Shown here piece after piece: positions 38,133-51,732 of a stretch of 64,000 nucleotides of DNA. Origin of the DNA: Octopus sinensis (Eukaryota). Location: assembly GCF_006345805.1 (NCBI RefSeq), contig NC_043017.1, positions 10,974,001 to 11,038,000 on the forward strand, in the 5' to 3' direction. Both the position numbers and the translations under genes were made by a program. The notes under the pieces are model-generated. The model saw only the letters and a program-made list of their open reading frames with translations. It ran no database searches and had not been told where the DNA came from. Position 1 is the first letter of the stretch, and each line of letters begins with the position of its first letter.

Positions 38133-38525
38133 TACTCTTTTACTTGTTTCAGTCATTTGACTGTGGCCATGCTGGAGCACCGCCTTTAGTCGAGCAAATC
38201 GACCCCAGGACTTATTCTTTGTAAGCCCAGTACTTATTCTATCGGTCTCTTTTGCCGAACTGCTAAGTGACGGGGACGTAAACACACCAGCATCGGTTGT
38301 CAAGCAATGCTAGGGGGACAAACACAGACACACAAACATATATATATATATACATATATATGACGGGCTTCTTTCAGTTTCCATCTACCAAATCCACTCA
38401 CAAGGCTTTGGTTGACCCGAGGCTATAGTAGAAGACACTTGCCCAAGATGTCACGCAGTGGGACTGAACCCGGAACCATGTGGTTGGTAAGCAAGCTACT
38501 TACCACACAGCCACTCCTGCACCTA
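38133..38525 (-). mobile_element. SINE family B, full length
   Basis: Same diagnostic motifs as the other family B copies. Confidence 0.85.
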
Positions 38526-39904
38526 TGTGTCGTTTTTGGATTTGGTTTGCAAGATTCTTTATATGAGTTCGTGTGTTGAAGCATATTTTGTTGTGTCTGG
38601 GGAGAGTCATTCTCTTTTAGTACCTTATTATTTAACACACTCACCGGTAAAATTTCCACTTATTTCGTCTTTTTATTTTCCTAAAATTTTCGTTGCGTCT
38701 TGCAACCTTTTCAATAGTCTTGACTATGTGTGTATACACACCTACACATACATCTATACACACACACACACACACACATTAATCTGGTACTAGTAAGGGT
38801 ACCAAAATGTATAACTAATGCCAAAATGAAATGGAAGTCTGAGACCTCTCCTCTGACCTCCAGATGAAAAAAAAAATAATAAACTCATTCAGATTGTGAC
38901 AACCCATCCAACATGTAAAACTAGCACAAACTGATGATGACGATGATGAAATGTGAGTGTACATGTATATATTTGTTTGTTCACATATGTTCATGTAAAT
39001 GCAGGTCTCTCACACACACACACACACATCTTGATGTACTTGTGAATCTTCAACATTTTCCCATTTGCTGGTGAGTCTAACCAGATGTCTCTACAACACA
39101 TGGCTGGCGATATCAAGCACAAACAAATAATTAAATTTTTCCTTTCAACTTCATCTGAAAAATTTATTGTTCGGTGTCGAATACGGTGTTTACTCACAAC
39201 ACATTACTAGTCACGCCAAATGCCATTTAATACTAACCTTTCCCTAACACGAACTAGTGGTGTTCTTTATTATATACATACACACATACACACACATATA
39301 TATATCATGTGATTGACCAGGCTATCAGATGTCATACACTGCTGGTCAAACAGAGATAGATCCTGTTTGGAAATATATATATTTATTTACAACACACAAG
39401 GGGCTAAACACAGAGGAGACAAACAAGGACAGACAAATGGATTAAGTCAATTACATCGATCCCAGTGTGTAACTGGTACTTAATTTATCGACCCCGAAAT
39501 GATGAAAGGCAAAGTCGAACTCGGCGGAATTTGAACTCAGAACGTAATGGCAGCGTCCGGCGTGCTAACGTTTCTGCCAGCTGGCTGCCTGTTTGGAAAT
39601 ATACTTCCATGAAGGACAATCCCTTGAAGAGTTTAGGCAATGAAATTGATCACAGTTTATGTTTGGTACATATTTTATTGTTCTCATTTTGCTGGCTTGC
39701 TAAGTTAAAACAAAAATTCCAAAATATGGGTGCTAATTCCCAATGATTTTCATGTCAGATGGAAGTCTAAGGCAGAATACCATTTCATATTGTGGAATTC
39801 CACATTAGAGCAAAACTTTGGGGGGTCCAATGTAGCTGTAATAGGTGAGTGGAGTGTGCCTGCATATGTATGGCTAAGTATGTTTGTGTTTGTATGTATC
39901 TTTG

Positions 39905-40086
39905 TCGCAGGAGTGGCTGTGTGGTAAGTAGCTTGCTAACCAACCACATGGTTCCGGGTTCAGTCCCACTGCGTGGCATCTTGGGCAAGTGTCTTCTGCT
40001 ATAGCCCCGGGCCGATCAATGCCTTGTGAGTGGATTTGGTAGACGGAAACTGAAAGAAGCCTGTTGTATATATGTGTGTGTGTATG

Positions 40087-40127
<41 letters not shown>

Positions 40128-40340
40128 GTATGTGTGTGTGTGTTTGTCCCCCTAGCATTGCTTGACAACCGATGCTGGTGTGTTTACGTCCCCGTCACTT
40201 AGCGGTTCGGCAAAAGAGACCAATAGAATAAGTACTGGGCTTACAAAGAATAAGTCCCGGGGTCGATTTGCTCGACTAAAGGCGGTGCTCCAGCATGGCC
40301 GCAGTCAAATGACTGAAACAAGTAAAAGAGTAAAAGAGAG
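39905..40340 (+). mobile_element. SINE family B, full length
   Basis: Same diagnostic motifs as the other family B copies. Confidence 0.85.
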
Positions 40341-40999
40341 CGTGCATATGTGTTTGTGTGTGTGTATGCAAGTATGTGTATGCATGCGTCTGTGTGTGTG
40401 CGCATTTCAACACTTCAATATATAATTTCAATGTCCCTTGTTACAAAAAAAAAATAAATAAATAAAATAAATAAATAAATACATGAAAATAAAAAACTAG
40501 GGGATTATTTACACGAGTATCATTATATTTCAAATGGATTGTGTTCGATGTGTTATTGGAATGCAGGTAGGAGAGACAGAACATGAAACTGTATATCATT
40601 CTCTAACAAACTGTATATAATCAATTTGTGGTCCCTGAAAAGCAGGGGAAAAAAGGGGGGTGAAGGGGGGGGGGAGGGGGAGGGGGGGGCAGGGTGTTCT
40701 GCGGAGATTACATTGCTGCAGTGTGAGTAAGATTTGCAATGTAAATATTTATAGCTTTATCAGTAACAGCATTTTATAAACTATTATCATCTGGTTTACT
40801 GGGGTTTTTATACCTTCTGTTCCCTGAATTACACACCACCACCACCACCACCACCACCACCACCACCACCGCTGCTGCTGCTGCCGCCGCCATCACCATC
40901 ACCACCAATGTCACCATCTCCACCACCACCACCACTACTAACATTGCTATTAGAAAACAACTATCTTATAGAGACTCAATATGAGGAATAAAGTGAGAG

Positions 41000-41412
41000 G
41001 AGAGATGAGATGATGATGATGATGGTGAGGAGGAGGAGAAAGGAGGAGAAGATGATGATGGTGAGGAGGAGGAGAAAGGAGGAGAAGATGATGATGATGA
41101 TGGTGAGTAGGAGGAGAAAGGAGGAGAAGATGAGGAGGAGGAGAAAAGAGGAGAAGATGATGATGATGATGGTGAGGAGGAGGAGAAAGGAGAAGATGAG
41201 GAGGAGGAGGAGAAAGGAGATGATGATGGTGAGGAGGAGGAGGAGGAGAAAGGAGGAGAAGATGATGATGGTGAGGAGAAAGGAGAAGATGATGATGATG
41301 GTGAGGAGGAGGAGAAAGGAGGAGAAGATGATGATGGTGAGGAGGAGGAGAAGATGATGATGGTGAGGAGAAAGGAGGAGAAGATGATGATGAGGAGGAG
41401 GAGGAGGAAGAG
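41000..41412. repeat. Purine-rich compound (GAT)n/(GAG)n minisatellite
   Basis: Units like GATGATGATGGTGAGGAGGAGGAGAAAGGAGGAGAA. Confidence 0.9.
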
Positions 41413-41696
41413 GGCGGGGAGTGAAGAAATGGGCTAAAGGTTATTCTGCAGGAAAAAAAAATAAAAATGCCATTTAAGTATTAATGGGTTTGTATGTATT
41501 TATGGATGCATATTATGTTAGTGTGTGTGTGTGTGTACTGTGTTATATATATATATTTGTAATATGAATGTATACAAACATGTAGACACACACACACACA
41601 CACACACATATTACTTTTGTTTTTATGTCAAGTTATAATAAAAACAATTTTACTTTAAAATTACTCGATATGTTTTTTAGAGTACATATATATCTA

Positions 41697-42113
41697 GGAT
41701 CTTTTCGGTTTGAACGGCAGTTTTTAACATAATTTCTAGGTAACTAAAAAATTTTAAACTTCGTATACTGGTAGAATGTGTTTATAAAACATCTTTTTCT
41801 CTTGGCTTTATCGAGAAAATTCTATAGTTTGCAAGATATTTGTTGTTTTTTTTTCTTCAATTTCAGCAATTTCAACCAATCACTGACGTCTATTGAGGTA
41901 AAAAAACATTCTGTGCCATATGAATCTGTCCCTCGTTTAAGAAACAGATTGGGTTTATTTACATTTGTGAAGAAAAAAAGATACCCTTCCCCTCACCCCT
42001 AACCAACCCTAACACAGATTGAAACGCAATAGATCGATACTAGGGTCATAATTTTAGGTGACAATTTCATATGATACCGCTAGAAAAAACTGCCGTTCAA
42101 ACCGAAAAGATCC
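41697..42113. mobile_element. MITE with 29-bp perfect TIRs
   Basis: GGATCTTTTCGGTTTGAACGGCAGTTTTT / AAAAACTGCCGTTCAAACCGAAAAGATCC. ATATCT on both flanks is a possible TSD. Internal CCCTAA motifs. Confidence 0.9.
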
Positions 42114-42129
42114 CATATCTATCTTTTTT

Positions 42130-42250
42130 TTAACAAGAATAGTGTTGACAGAGACTTCGAAGTTTCTGCCTGCTTAGCCTTCAACTGACTGCTCAATGAA
42201 GGTTAAGCAAGCCTAAAGGTTGAAACCACTGTTAACACTATTCTTGTTAA
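42130..42250. repeat. 121-bp foldback with 22-bp arms and internal hairpins
   Basis: TTAACAAGAATAGTGTTGACAG / CTGTTAACACTATTCTTGTTAA (one mismatch). Confidence 0.8.
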
Positions 42251-42294
42251 GGGATAATCTATATATATATATATATATATATATTATGGAACTT

Positions 42295-42612
42295 GTGGAA
42301 ACCCAGGAAGGGATGGAACAAAGTACTGAAGGCTGATCTCAAGACACTGAGCCTTAGAAAGGGCTGAGATATCTGGCACACATTGCTGAACTCAGGAAGG
42401 CCTGACCACCACAGCAGAACTAATACTGGTGCGAGTGCCACATAAAAAAGCACCTTGTACACACTGTAGAGTGGTTGGTGCTAGGAAGGGCATCCAGCCA
42501 TAGAAATCATGCCACAACAGACAATGGAGCCTGGTGCAACCCCTGGCCTTACCAGCTCTGGTCAAACAGTCTAACCCATGCTAGTATGGAAAAATGGGTG
42601 TTAAATGATGAT
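42295..42612 (+). mobile_element. RTE ORF end plus 3'UTR and GAT tail
   Basis: PRKGWNKVLKADLKTLSL followed by AGGAAGGGCATCCAG and ATGATGAT. Confidence 0.7.
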
Positions 42613-42719
42613 ATATATATATATATGTATTTATATAGATTCAGATGAATATGGTACTTAAGTCAAAGGCACCAGAATTTTGTATGGTATTATCCATATA
42701 AATCCAAGGGGTGATTACA

Positions 42720-42921
42720 ATCAAAATAAGCAACAAGTATATACGAGGTAATGTGGTACGATCATTTCATGCTACTTCCATTTGTTTGGAAAATTTCTAA
42801 AGGTGGCTGAAGATTGCTCGACATTTTAAAACTGATGTAATGCTTACAGTGTTTAATAAAATGAAGTAGCATGAAACGATCGTACCACATTACCTCGGAT
42901 ATACTTGTTGCTTATTTTGAT
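42720..42921. repeat. Long inverted repeat (~60-bp arms, ~75-bp spacer)
   Basis: ATCAAAATAAGCAACAAGTATA...CATGCTACTTC versus GAAGTAGCATG...TATACTTGTTGCTTATTTTGAT, with few mismatches. Confidence 0.9.
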
Positions 42922-44164
42922 ATATCATCATCGTTTAACGTCCGTTCTCCATGCTAGCATGGGTTGGACGGTTCGACCGGGGATCTGGGAAGCCAGAAGG
43001 CTGCACCAGGCTCCAGTCTTATCTGGCAATGTTTCTATAGCTGGATGCCCTTCCTAACGCCAACCACTCCGTGAGTGTAGTGGGTGCTTTTTACGTGTCA
43101 CCTGCACAGGTGCCAGGCGAGGCTGGCAACGGCCACGGTCGGATTGGTGTATTTTACGTGCCACCAACACGGCCACGAGTCGGATAGTGCTTTTTACGTA
43201 CCACCAGACCAGGGATCCTGGCTGGTTCAATTATATATATATATGTATGGAGGTTGTCTACTCCTTATGCAGAATCTGACCACCAGTTGTAACTGCACCT
43301 TCGTTATTGTTATTATTATTATTAAAACCCTTTAGTATTCAAAAGAGCAAAAAGCAAGGTAAGTATACGTATTGGTCATCAGGTTTGAAAAAAAAAAAGA
43401 GAATAATTGGTTAATAACTGCCGCCGCCACTTATAACAACAGAATCTAATTTACCATTTTCCTTCTTTTTTTAATTTATTAACATTCAAATTAGTTGTGT
43501 CATTAACAACATTTAACTAGAATTACAAAAGAAAATTAATTCCGTTTTCTTCAGTTGCCGTTTGAGATTATCATCATCATCATCATCATCAATAGGTTTC
43601 TATGGTGACATTATGTAGAAAATTCTAGGAAAATGTCAAAGTGATAAAGATAACATTTCTTGAAGCAGTAAAATAAAATAAAAGTGGGGGCGTAAAGTGG
43701 CCATGACCTTTTGTGAGCCCTTCCTTTCGTTAGAGCCTAATGTGGTTGACGTTCAGCTTGAACTTTTGCAAATCATAACAGTTGCCATTGTTTAGCCCCG
43801 GGTCAGCACTGATGAAACATATCTGTGTATGATCAAGGCTGTGACCATCCAATCTTATCCCCTTTGTGTAGGGAACCTTAAAATCACATTATTCAACATC
43901 GTGTCTTTTTCTGAAATATTGGTAAGGTTCGATTTTAGCAAGACTTGGCTACTATTTCTAGCTGGTTGAGCCACTACGTGGGACAGTGATGAGCAAATTT
44001 GTGGCCTTCAGGACTTTCTGAATGGAAAGCTTAAATGAAAATTACTTTGAATGTAATTCTATGAAATAAGCAATCAGATCGTTAAAATCTTGTAGCCTCG
44101 AGGTAATGCGTAAATAGTTAACGAAGAACAATGTGAAAATGTAAGCTTTACATTTCACAGAGCA

Positions 44165-44550
44165 ATCATCATCATCAGCATCATCATCGTTTAGCATCCG
44201 TTTTCCATGCTAGCATGGGTTGGACGGTTCTACTGGGGTCTGTGAAGCCAGAAGGCTTCATCAGGCCCAGTCAAATCTGGCAGTGTTTCTATGGCTGGAT
44301 GCCCTTCCTAACGCCAACCACTCCGTGAGTGTAGTGGCTGCTTTTTACATGCCACCCGCACAGGTGCCAGACAGAGCTGGCAAACGGCCACGAACGGATG
44401 GTGCTTTTTATGTGCCAGGCAAGGCTGGCAACGGACACGAACGGACGGTGCTTTTTACGTGCCACCGGCACGAGGCCAGTCGGGGCGGCGCTGGTAACGG
44501 TTGCGAAACGGAAGGTTCTCTTACATGCCACCGGCACTGGTAACACATCT
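44165..44550 (-). mobile_element. RTE 3'UTR fragment
   Basis: (CAT)n tail and shared motifs; similar copies at 42924-43225, 46095-46442 and 59070-59305. Confidence 0.8.
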
Positions 44551-46719
44551 GCAATTCTGAATGCTAAAGGGTTGTGATTCTTCTAGCAGATTAATAACTA
44601 CATGTCTCATAGAAATCGATGCTTAGGCCTAAACAAAAAAGATCTAAGATAAGCATTATTCCAGATATGATCAAATCAATTTTTTTTTCCGATGACATGT
44701 ATCTAATCTTACTTTTTCAAACCAAAAAAAAAAAAAAAAAAAAAAAAAATGAGGGAGAGGGTTAGCTGTTATTTCAATTAGATCAGGCAACCACATAAAG
44801 GGTTTCTTTTGTAATCTCAAAGAAGTGAGGGGGCTTGGACAGAAGAGGGAGTATATCACATGCTGGTTCAGAGAAGAAGGAGGAGGAGGAAACTATGTAG
44901 CAGAGGCTCCCCCTGTTCCAGGTTTGGATTTACCAAACAATTAATTAGTTAATTGGTTAACTCATCCAGTTGAGTGACTGGCTTGGACCAATAAATTATA
45001 ATTGGTCTTTTGAGAGCTGAATGTCTCATCTGCACAAGACACAACTACAAATGATAGCAGCAGTTTGCTAACTAAAAACTGGTTGACCCTTTCCATTGAC
45101 AGTTGGTCATCTGGTCATCCACATCAAGTGATATTCATCATAAATTCATCTGCTGAAGTAGTTCACATCCACTACACTGCAACCCATGATTTCAGTGTAA
45201 CCCTTGCTTGGATGGTTACTGGATGTTAGGGCTTGGCAAGGGGCCACCCATGATTTGGTCTGGCAAAATGGTGGAAAAGGATCTACTGACGCTGGGACTC
45301 ACAGAGGGGATGATAGGGGACTGAGACTCGAGGCAGTTTGCTGTGCTTGAAAAAGATACATCAAGCTAAGTAAAAGTGTGGTTGCCCTTGCATACGGGCT
45401 CTTCCCTTGTAACCCTGTCCAGCTGAGCATCCCTAATCTTGTGGGCTTGTAATTGCTGGTGCCATGTAAAAAGCAGCTGTGCTGGTGCCGTGTATAAGCA
45501 CCCAATATACTCTGTAAATTGGTCAGTGTTAGGAAGGGTGTCCAGCAGTAGAAACCATGGCAAAACAAACAGGGATCCGAAACAACTGTTCAAGCTGGTC
45601 AATTCCTGTCAAACCATCCAAGCATGGAAAACAGACATTAAATGATGATGACAATTCATGGCAAACCTCATTTCATATGTTAATTACCCCATAGCTGGGA
45701 CTCTGAAAGGTGCTACTAATCCAGGGTCAGAGTAGGCTTGGGAACAACAGGGCCTGAGAGGTAGACCTGCATTCTTCAACACCCTGAAATTCTTGAAATA
45801 AAACTGCAACAAGTAGCGGGGTCATTAAGTCATATCCAGGACAATTAGATAATTAGTTGTCTAAATCCTAATAATAACAATCATTTCTAGTACAGGCACA
45901 AGGCCTGAAATTTGGGGGAGGGGGGACTAATCGATTGCATCAACTCTAAAAGAATGAAAGGCAAAGTTGAACTTGGTAGAATTTGAATTCAGAAACTAAA
46001 GATGGGTCAAATGTCACTAAGCATATTACCTGGTGTGCTAACGATTCTGCCAGCTTGAGGCCTTAAAAACGACAACAACAACAAAACTACTGGAATCATC
46101 ATCATCGTTTAGCGTCCACTTTCCATGCTAGCATGGGTTGGATGGTTCAACTGGGTTCTGGGAAGCCAGAAGGCTGCACCAGGCCCAGTCTGATCTGGCA
46201 ATGTTTCTACGGCTGGATGCCCTTGCTAACGCCAACCACTCCGTGAGTGTAGTGGGTGCTTTTTATGTGCCACCGGTGCACAGGTGCCAGACGAGGCTGG
46301 CAACAGCCACGATTGGATGGTGCTTTTTATGTGCCACCGGCATTGGGGCCAGGTGAGGCTGGCAACGGCCACGAACGGATGGTGCTTTTTACGTGCCACC
46401 GGCACGAGGCCAGTCGGGACGGCACTGGCAATGGCCACGTTCTTGGAATAAAAAAAAAAAACTAAAAGGGGCTCGGGTGTATATGAAACTTCTAAGCCTC
46501 CATGATTTTAGTCCTTTTACAGAGACGAGCATGCACACACACACAACACACACACACCACATGTACATGTGATACAGTCTTAATGCCTTCATATAAATGT
46601 GTGAATATGTGTAGGTCTCTCAGTGTGTGTATGTGTGTGTGGTTTCTGACTTAGCCGTATCTTGCTGACAAATGTGTGTTATATGAAACCTAGGACACAG
46701 ACAGCTTAGTCAAAGTGTT

Positions 46720-46752
<33 letters not shown>

Positions 46753-47282
46753 AAACTAATAATCCAAAACATATTAGCAATGACCTTTCCATCTTCTCAG
46801 GTTTCAGTGTTTTCACACACATGCACTACTGCACCCACGCAAGCACACTGACAAACAGACAAACACACACACATGCTCACATTTAAAATACTAACACACA
46901 CAGATCATCCATTATTTACAAGTCATCTGTTGACATGTTTGTATCAGCAAAGAAGTCAATAGATGCAACATTAACAGACAGACAGACAGACACTCCATTC
47001 AAATACACAGACACAGAAGAATTCAGAAATAGAGACCTCACAGTATCTCTCTCTCTATTTATATAAAAATACACACACACACACACACATATCTATATAT
47101 ATATATATGAATTTTTTGTGTAATGAGATAAAAAAAACCAAGGCTGTTTAGATATTAGAGCATTTATAGATAGGTCTTAACAGCTGTTTCTAGGATATTA
47201 ATTAATAATATCCCTTCATCGGAGACGGTGTGAGAGGAAAAGTTAAGTCATAGTTAGTTTCGATGTGATATAAATATATATA

Positions 47283-47587
47283 TCACCGTGACCGACCAGG
47301 CTATCAGATGTTGCTACACATCGCTGGTCACAATGCACTTCGCATTGTTTTAGCCTTCAAATGACGCCACCCCGCTGGTTAAGCGAGCAGGCCAACAGAA
47401 GAAAGAGTGAGAGAAAGTTATGGCGAAAGAGTACAGCAGGGATCGCCCCCCCCCCCCTGCCGGAGCATCGTGGAGCTTTTAGGTGTTTTCGCTCAATAAA
47501 CATACACAACGCCTGGTCTGGGAATCGAAACCGCGATCCTACAACCGCGAGTCCGCTGCCCTAACCACTGGGCCATTGCACCTCCAC
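47283..47587 (-). mobile_element. SINE family D
   Basis: tRNA-like head at the right end; inverted partner at 47839-48130. Confidence 0.85.
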
Positions 47588-47838
47588 ATAAATATATATA
47601 TATATTTTACACACATACACACACACACACATAAGAGGTGACTCCAGGTCATCAGCGTCATTTGGGCTCATCACAGATTTGGCATAAGACCCATGCCTGA
47701 TCAAAGAATTTCATGTTTTTTCACTTTATTTCTAGCTCCAAATGGCTTACTTATTATATCTAACACTATGTCTTTCTCCATTACTAAGTTAAGGGTAAAA
47801 ATAAGCAATCCTTATATATAGATCTATATATATGTATG

Positions 47839-48130
47839 TGGAGGCGCAATGGCCCAGTGGTTAGGGCAGCGGACTCGCGGTCGTAGGATCGCGGTTTTGA
47901 TTCCCAGACCGGGCGTTGTGAGTGTTTATTGAGCGAAAACACCTAAAAAAGCTCCACGACGCTCCGGCAGGGGGTGGTGATCCCTGCTGTACTCTTTCCC
48001 CACTCTTTCTTCTGTTGGCCTGCTCACTTAGCCAGCGGGGTGGCGTCATTCGAAGGCTAAAAAATGCGAACACATTGTGACCAGCGATGTGTAACAACAT
48101 CTGATGGTCTGGTCGGTCATGTGATCACAT
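47839..48130 (+). mobile_element. SINE family D
   Basis: GGAGGCGCAATGGCCCAGTGGTTAGGGCAGCGG head. Confidence 0.85.
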
Positions 48131-48935
48131 GATACATGTATGTATGCATATTATGCATATGTGTGTGTGTGCTTGTCCATGTGCCTGTGTGAGTGTAAGT
48201 GGGAAAGTGTGTGCTGTGTTAGTATGTGAAAGTGTGTTTTATCTTGTCATAGCATAATAGCTATGTCATCCTTGTCAAAAAAGGTGTCGGCTGTGTGTAA
48301 GTGTATGGGTGGTTCATCTTGACCTAGCATGATAGCTGTGAGTGTCATTCAAGGAGTGTCTTTTGTCTCCAATCTTCCATGAAAACCTATCTTGCCAGGT
48401 GGGAGAACACATTGGTTAGTTGGTTGGTTGTTCCTTCTGAAGCCACACCTGGCTCATAAGGGCCAGTTTCCCCGGTTTCTTGGCGTATAGGTTCCCCACC
48501 TGGACGGGACGCCGGTTCGTCGCAGGTGAGCTGCAAGATGCAGGAAGAAAGAGTGAGAGAAAGTTGTGGCGAAGGAGTCAGCAGATGTTTCGCTATTACC
48601 TTCTGCCAGAGCTGCGTGGAGCTTAGGTGTTTTGCTCATAAACGCACATATCGCCCGGTTTGAAATTCGAACCCGCGATCCCTCAACCGCGAGTCTGCTG
48701 CTCTAACCACTAGGCCATGGGGAGAACACATTACCTTACTTGCAAACAGGTGGAGGTTGGAAACAGGAAGTGTATTTGGCTGCAGAGATGTCCAACATCT
48801 CAATGAACCCTGTCAAACTCAAGAATGGAAAAGCTGGTTTTAGGGGGTTTTTTCTGTCTCTTCCTTCCTTTCTCTCTCTCTCTCTCTCTCACACACACAC
48901 CCACAAAGCTTCTTCCTCATGCTTTGAGAATACCT

Positions 48936-49354
48936 ATTTCTTTATTACCCACAAGGGGCTAAACACAGAGGGAACAAACAAGGACAGACATAGGTATTAA
49001 GTCGATTACATCGACCCCAGTGCGTAACTGGTACTTAATTTATCGACCGCAAAAGGATGAAAGGCAAAGTCGACCTCGGCGGAATTTGAACTCACAACGT
49101 AACGCAGACAAATTACCTATTTCTTTATTACCCACAAGGGGCTAAACACAGAGGGGACAAACAAAGACAGACATAGGTATTAAGTCGATTACATCGACCC
49201 CAGTGCGTAACTGGTACTTAATTTATCGACCCCGAAAGGATGAAAGGCAAAGTCGACCTCGGCAGAATTTGAACTCACAACGTAATGGCAGACGAAATAC
49301 CGCTAAGCATTTCGCCCGGCGTGCTACCGGTTCTGCCAGCTCACCGCCTTAATA
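48936..49354 (-). mobile_element. Family A SINE dimer with 14-bp TSD
   Basis: CTTTGAGAATACCT at 48922-48935 and 49355-49368; body duplicated in tandem. Confidence 0.9.
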
Positions 49355-49519
49355 CTTTGAGAATACCTTTGGTCATAGTTCCACTTAATGAAGGTTAATC
49401 TCAGGCTAAACAACAACAATAACAACACCTATAAAGGTCTTCTGGCCAGCAATAACACAAAACATAAAACACTTTATTCTTTATAATTCAACTTAAAAAA
49501 AAAGATACCGAAACAATAT

Positions 49520-49736
49520 ACTCTTTTACTCTTTTTACTTGTTTCAGTCATCTGACCGCGGCCATGCTGGAGCACCGCGACCCTGGGACTTATTCTTTTT
49601 GTAAGCCCAGTACTTATTCTATCGGTCTCTTTTGCCGAACCGCTAAGTAACGGGGACATAAACACACATGCATTGGTTGTCAAGCAATGCTAGGGGGACA
49701 AACACAGGCACCCAAACATACACACGAATATATATA

Positions 49737-49771
<35 letters not shown>

Positions 49772-49935
49772 CAACAGGCTTCTTTCAGTTTCCGTCTACC
49801 AAATCCACTCACAAAGCTTTGGCCGGCCTGAGGCTATAGTAGAAGACACTTGCCCAAGGTGCCACGCAGTGGGACTGAACCTGGAACCATGTGGTTGGTA
49901 AACAAGCTACTTACCACACAGCCACTCCTGCGCCT
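49520..49935 (-). mobile_element. SINE family B, full length
   Basis: Same diagnostic motifs as the other family B copies. Confidence 0.85.
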
Positions 49936-50431
49936 ATATAATTTTCACTAAATTATTTTTGTGTCCTTAGAATGCGGTCTTCCTTCTCCCCACCCCGCAC
50001 CTAATACATAGAATTGGTGAACTTCAAGTTCACCAATTCTGTGTATTGGTAAATTTTCTTCAAAGGAATATTTTCATGGAGATCTTGCAAAGTCCGACTA
50101 TTACCAGCTTCCACATGAGATGAAGGCCCCCAGGAGCTCAAGAGTAGCTGGAGCCAATAAATAGGACATGAAACGGTTTGAAATGTAAGAAAAGAAACAA
50201 AAAGAGGAAAAATAATGGCAAAACTGTATATATATAAATATCTGAAAGAACTACTAATGTAGGTAACGTACATCAGATAAAAGAGGGTGGTGGTGGAGGT
50301 GGTGGTGGAGGCTGAAAGGGAAAAGAGGGTGAAATACGATTTTTTTAATTGATTTTATTCAAGATGAAATGAAAAATTTTCTAGTTTACTGTTGGTTGCT
50401 TTGAAGTTCAAAAGGATGAAGAGAAAGAAGT

Positions 50432-50469
<38 letters not shown>

Positions 50470-50572
50470 AGTGTGATTGAGAGAGAAAGGAGAGATAGTG
50501 GGACAGAAAGAGAAGAGAGAGTGAGGAAAAGAGAGAAAGATAGTAAGAGATAGGTAGCAAGATAGATGGGGC

Positions 50573-50605
<33 letters not shown>

Positions 50606-50682
50606 AGGAGACAACGAGAAAAAGAAAGACCATAACAGAAATAGTTAGAGAAAGAGACAGACTGATAGACAAATGGATGGAT

Positions 50683-50732
50683 GGATAGATAGACAGACAG
50701 ACAGACAGAGAAATAGACAGATAGATAGATAC

Positions 50733-50763
<31 letters not shown>

Positions 50764-50996
50764 TATAGACAGATAGATAAAGATAGATAGACAGATAGAT
50801 AGATAGACAGATAGATAAAGATAGATAGACAGATAGATAGATAGACAGATAGATAAAGATAGATAGACAGATAGATAGATAGACAGATAGATAAAGATAG
50901 ATAGATAGACAGATAGATAAAGATAGATAGACAGATAGATAGATAGACAGATAGATAAAGATAGATAGATAGACAGATAGATAAAGATAGATAGAC

Positions 50997-51043
<47 letters not shown>

Positions 51044-51052
51044 CAGATAGAT

Positions 51053-51135
<83 letters not shown>

Positions 51136-51180
51136 CAAAGATAGAAATATATAGAGGGAGAAAATGATAGACAGATACAT
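50683..51180. repeat. (GATA)n/(GACA) microsatellite block
   Basis: About 500 bp of GATA repeats with GACA and GATAAA interruptions. Confidence 0.97.
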
Positions 51181-51686
51181 AAAAATAGAGACAGATAGGT
51201 AGATAGAAAGAAAGCAAGGGTGGGAAATAAAGATAGATAGATATAAAGATAACTACAGATAAATAATGATACAAAAAGTTCATAAGGTGGAATATATTAT
51301 TTTGCAGCATGGAAGAAGTGAAATATGAGGTTTCATTCTGACAATTATATAGATTTTTATTGAACCATCTCCATGTGCGTATGTTGTTCTAAGTAAGTGG
51401 GTAGACAAAGTTAGAGGCAGTTGGGGGGGGGGGAGCGTCTAGAGGGTACCTAGAGGAAAATAAGAAAGAGGAGACAGATGCAGAGATGGAATGGCTATAA
51501 GAGGCTAACAATGAAATAAAGATCTGTTGATGGAGATATAAGAATCGAGGTGTGTAAAGAAATAATATACACACACACAATATACATATATGAAATACAT
51601 ATAAAATACATATATGAAATACATATAAAATACATAAGTATGTATGTATGAAATACATATAAAATACATAAGTATGTGCATGTGTG

Positions 51687-51732
<46 letters not shown>

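Noticed and set aside
22177-40425. Recurrent ORFs such as MTTDAGVF...KETDRISTGLTKNKS that look like a gene family
   Set aside because: They are chance frames within family B SINE copies.
41010-41357. Met/Arg/Lys/Glu-rich, protamine-like ORF
   Set aside because: Translation of a (GAT)/(GAG) minisatellite with no independent coding evidence.
47839-47915. Functional tRNA genes
   Set aside because: These A/B-box segments continue into shared SINE bodies and lack a proper acceptor stem, so they are SINE heads.
50386-51310. 264-aa and 221-aa YLSI-repeat ORFs
   Set aside because: Translation of (GATA)n.
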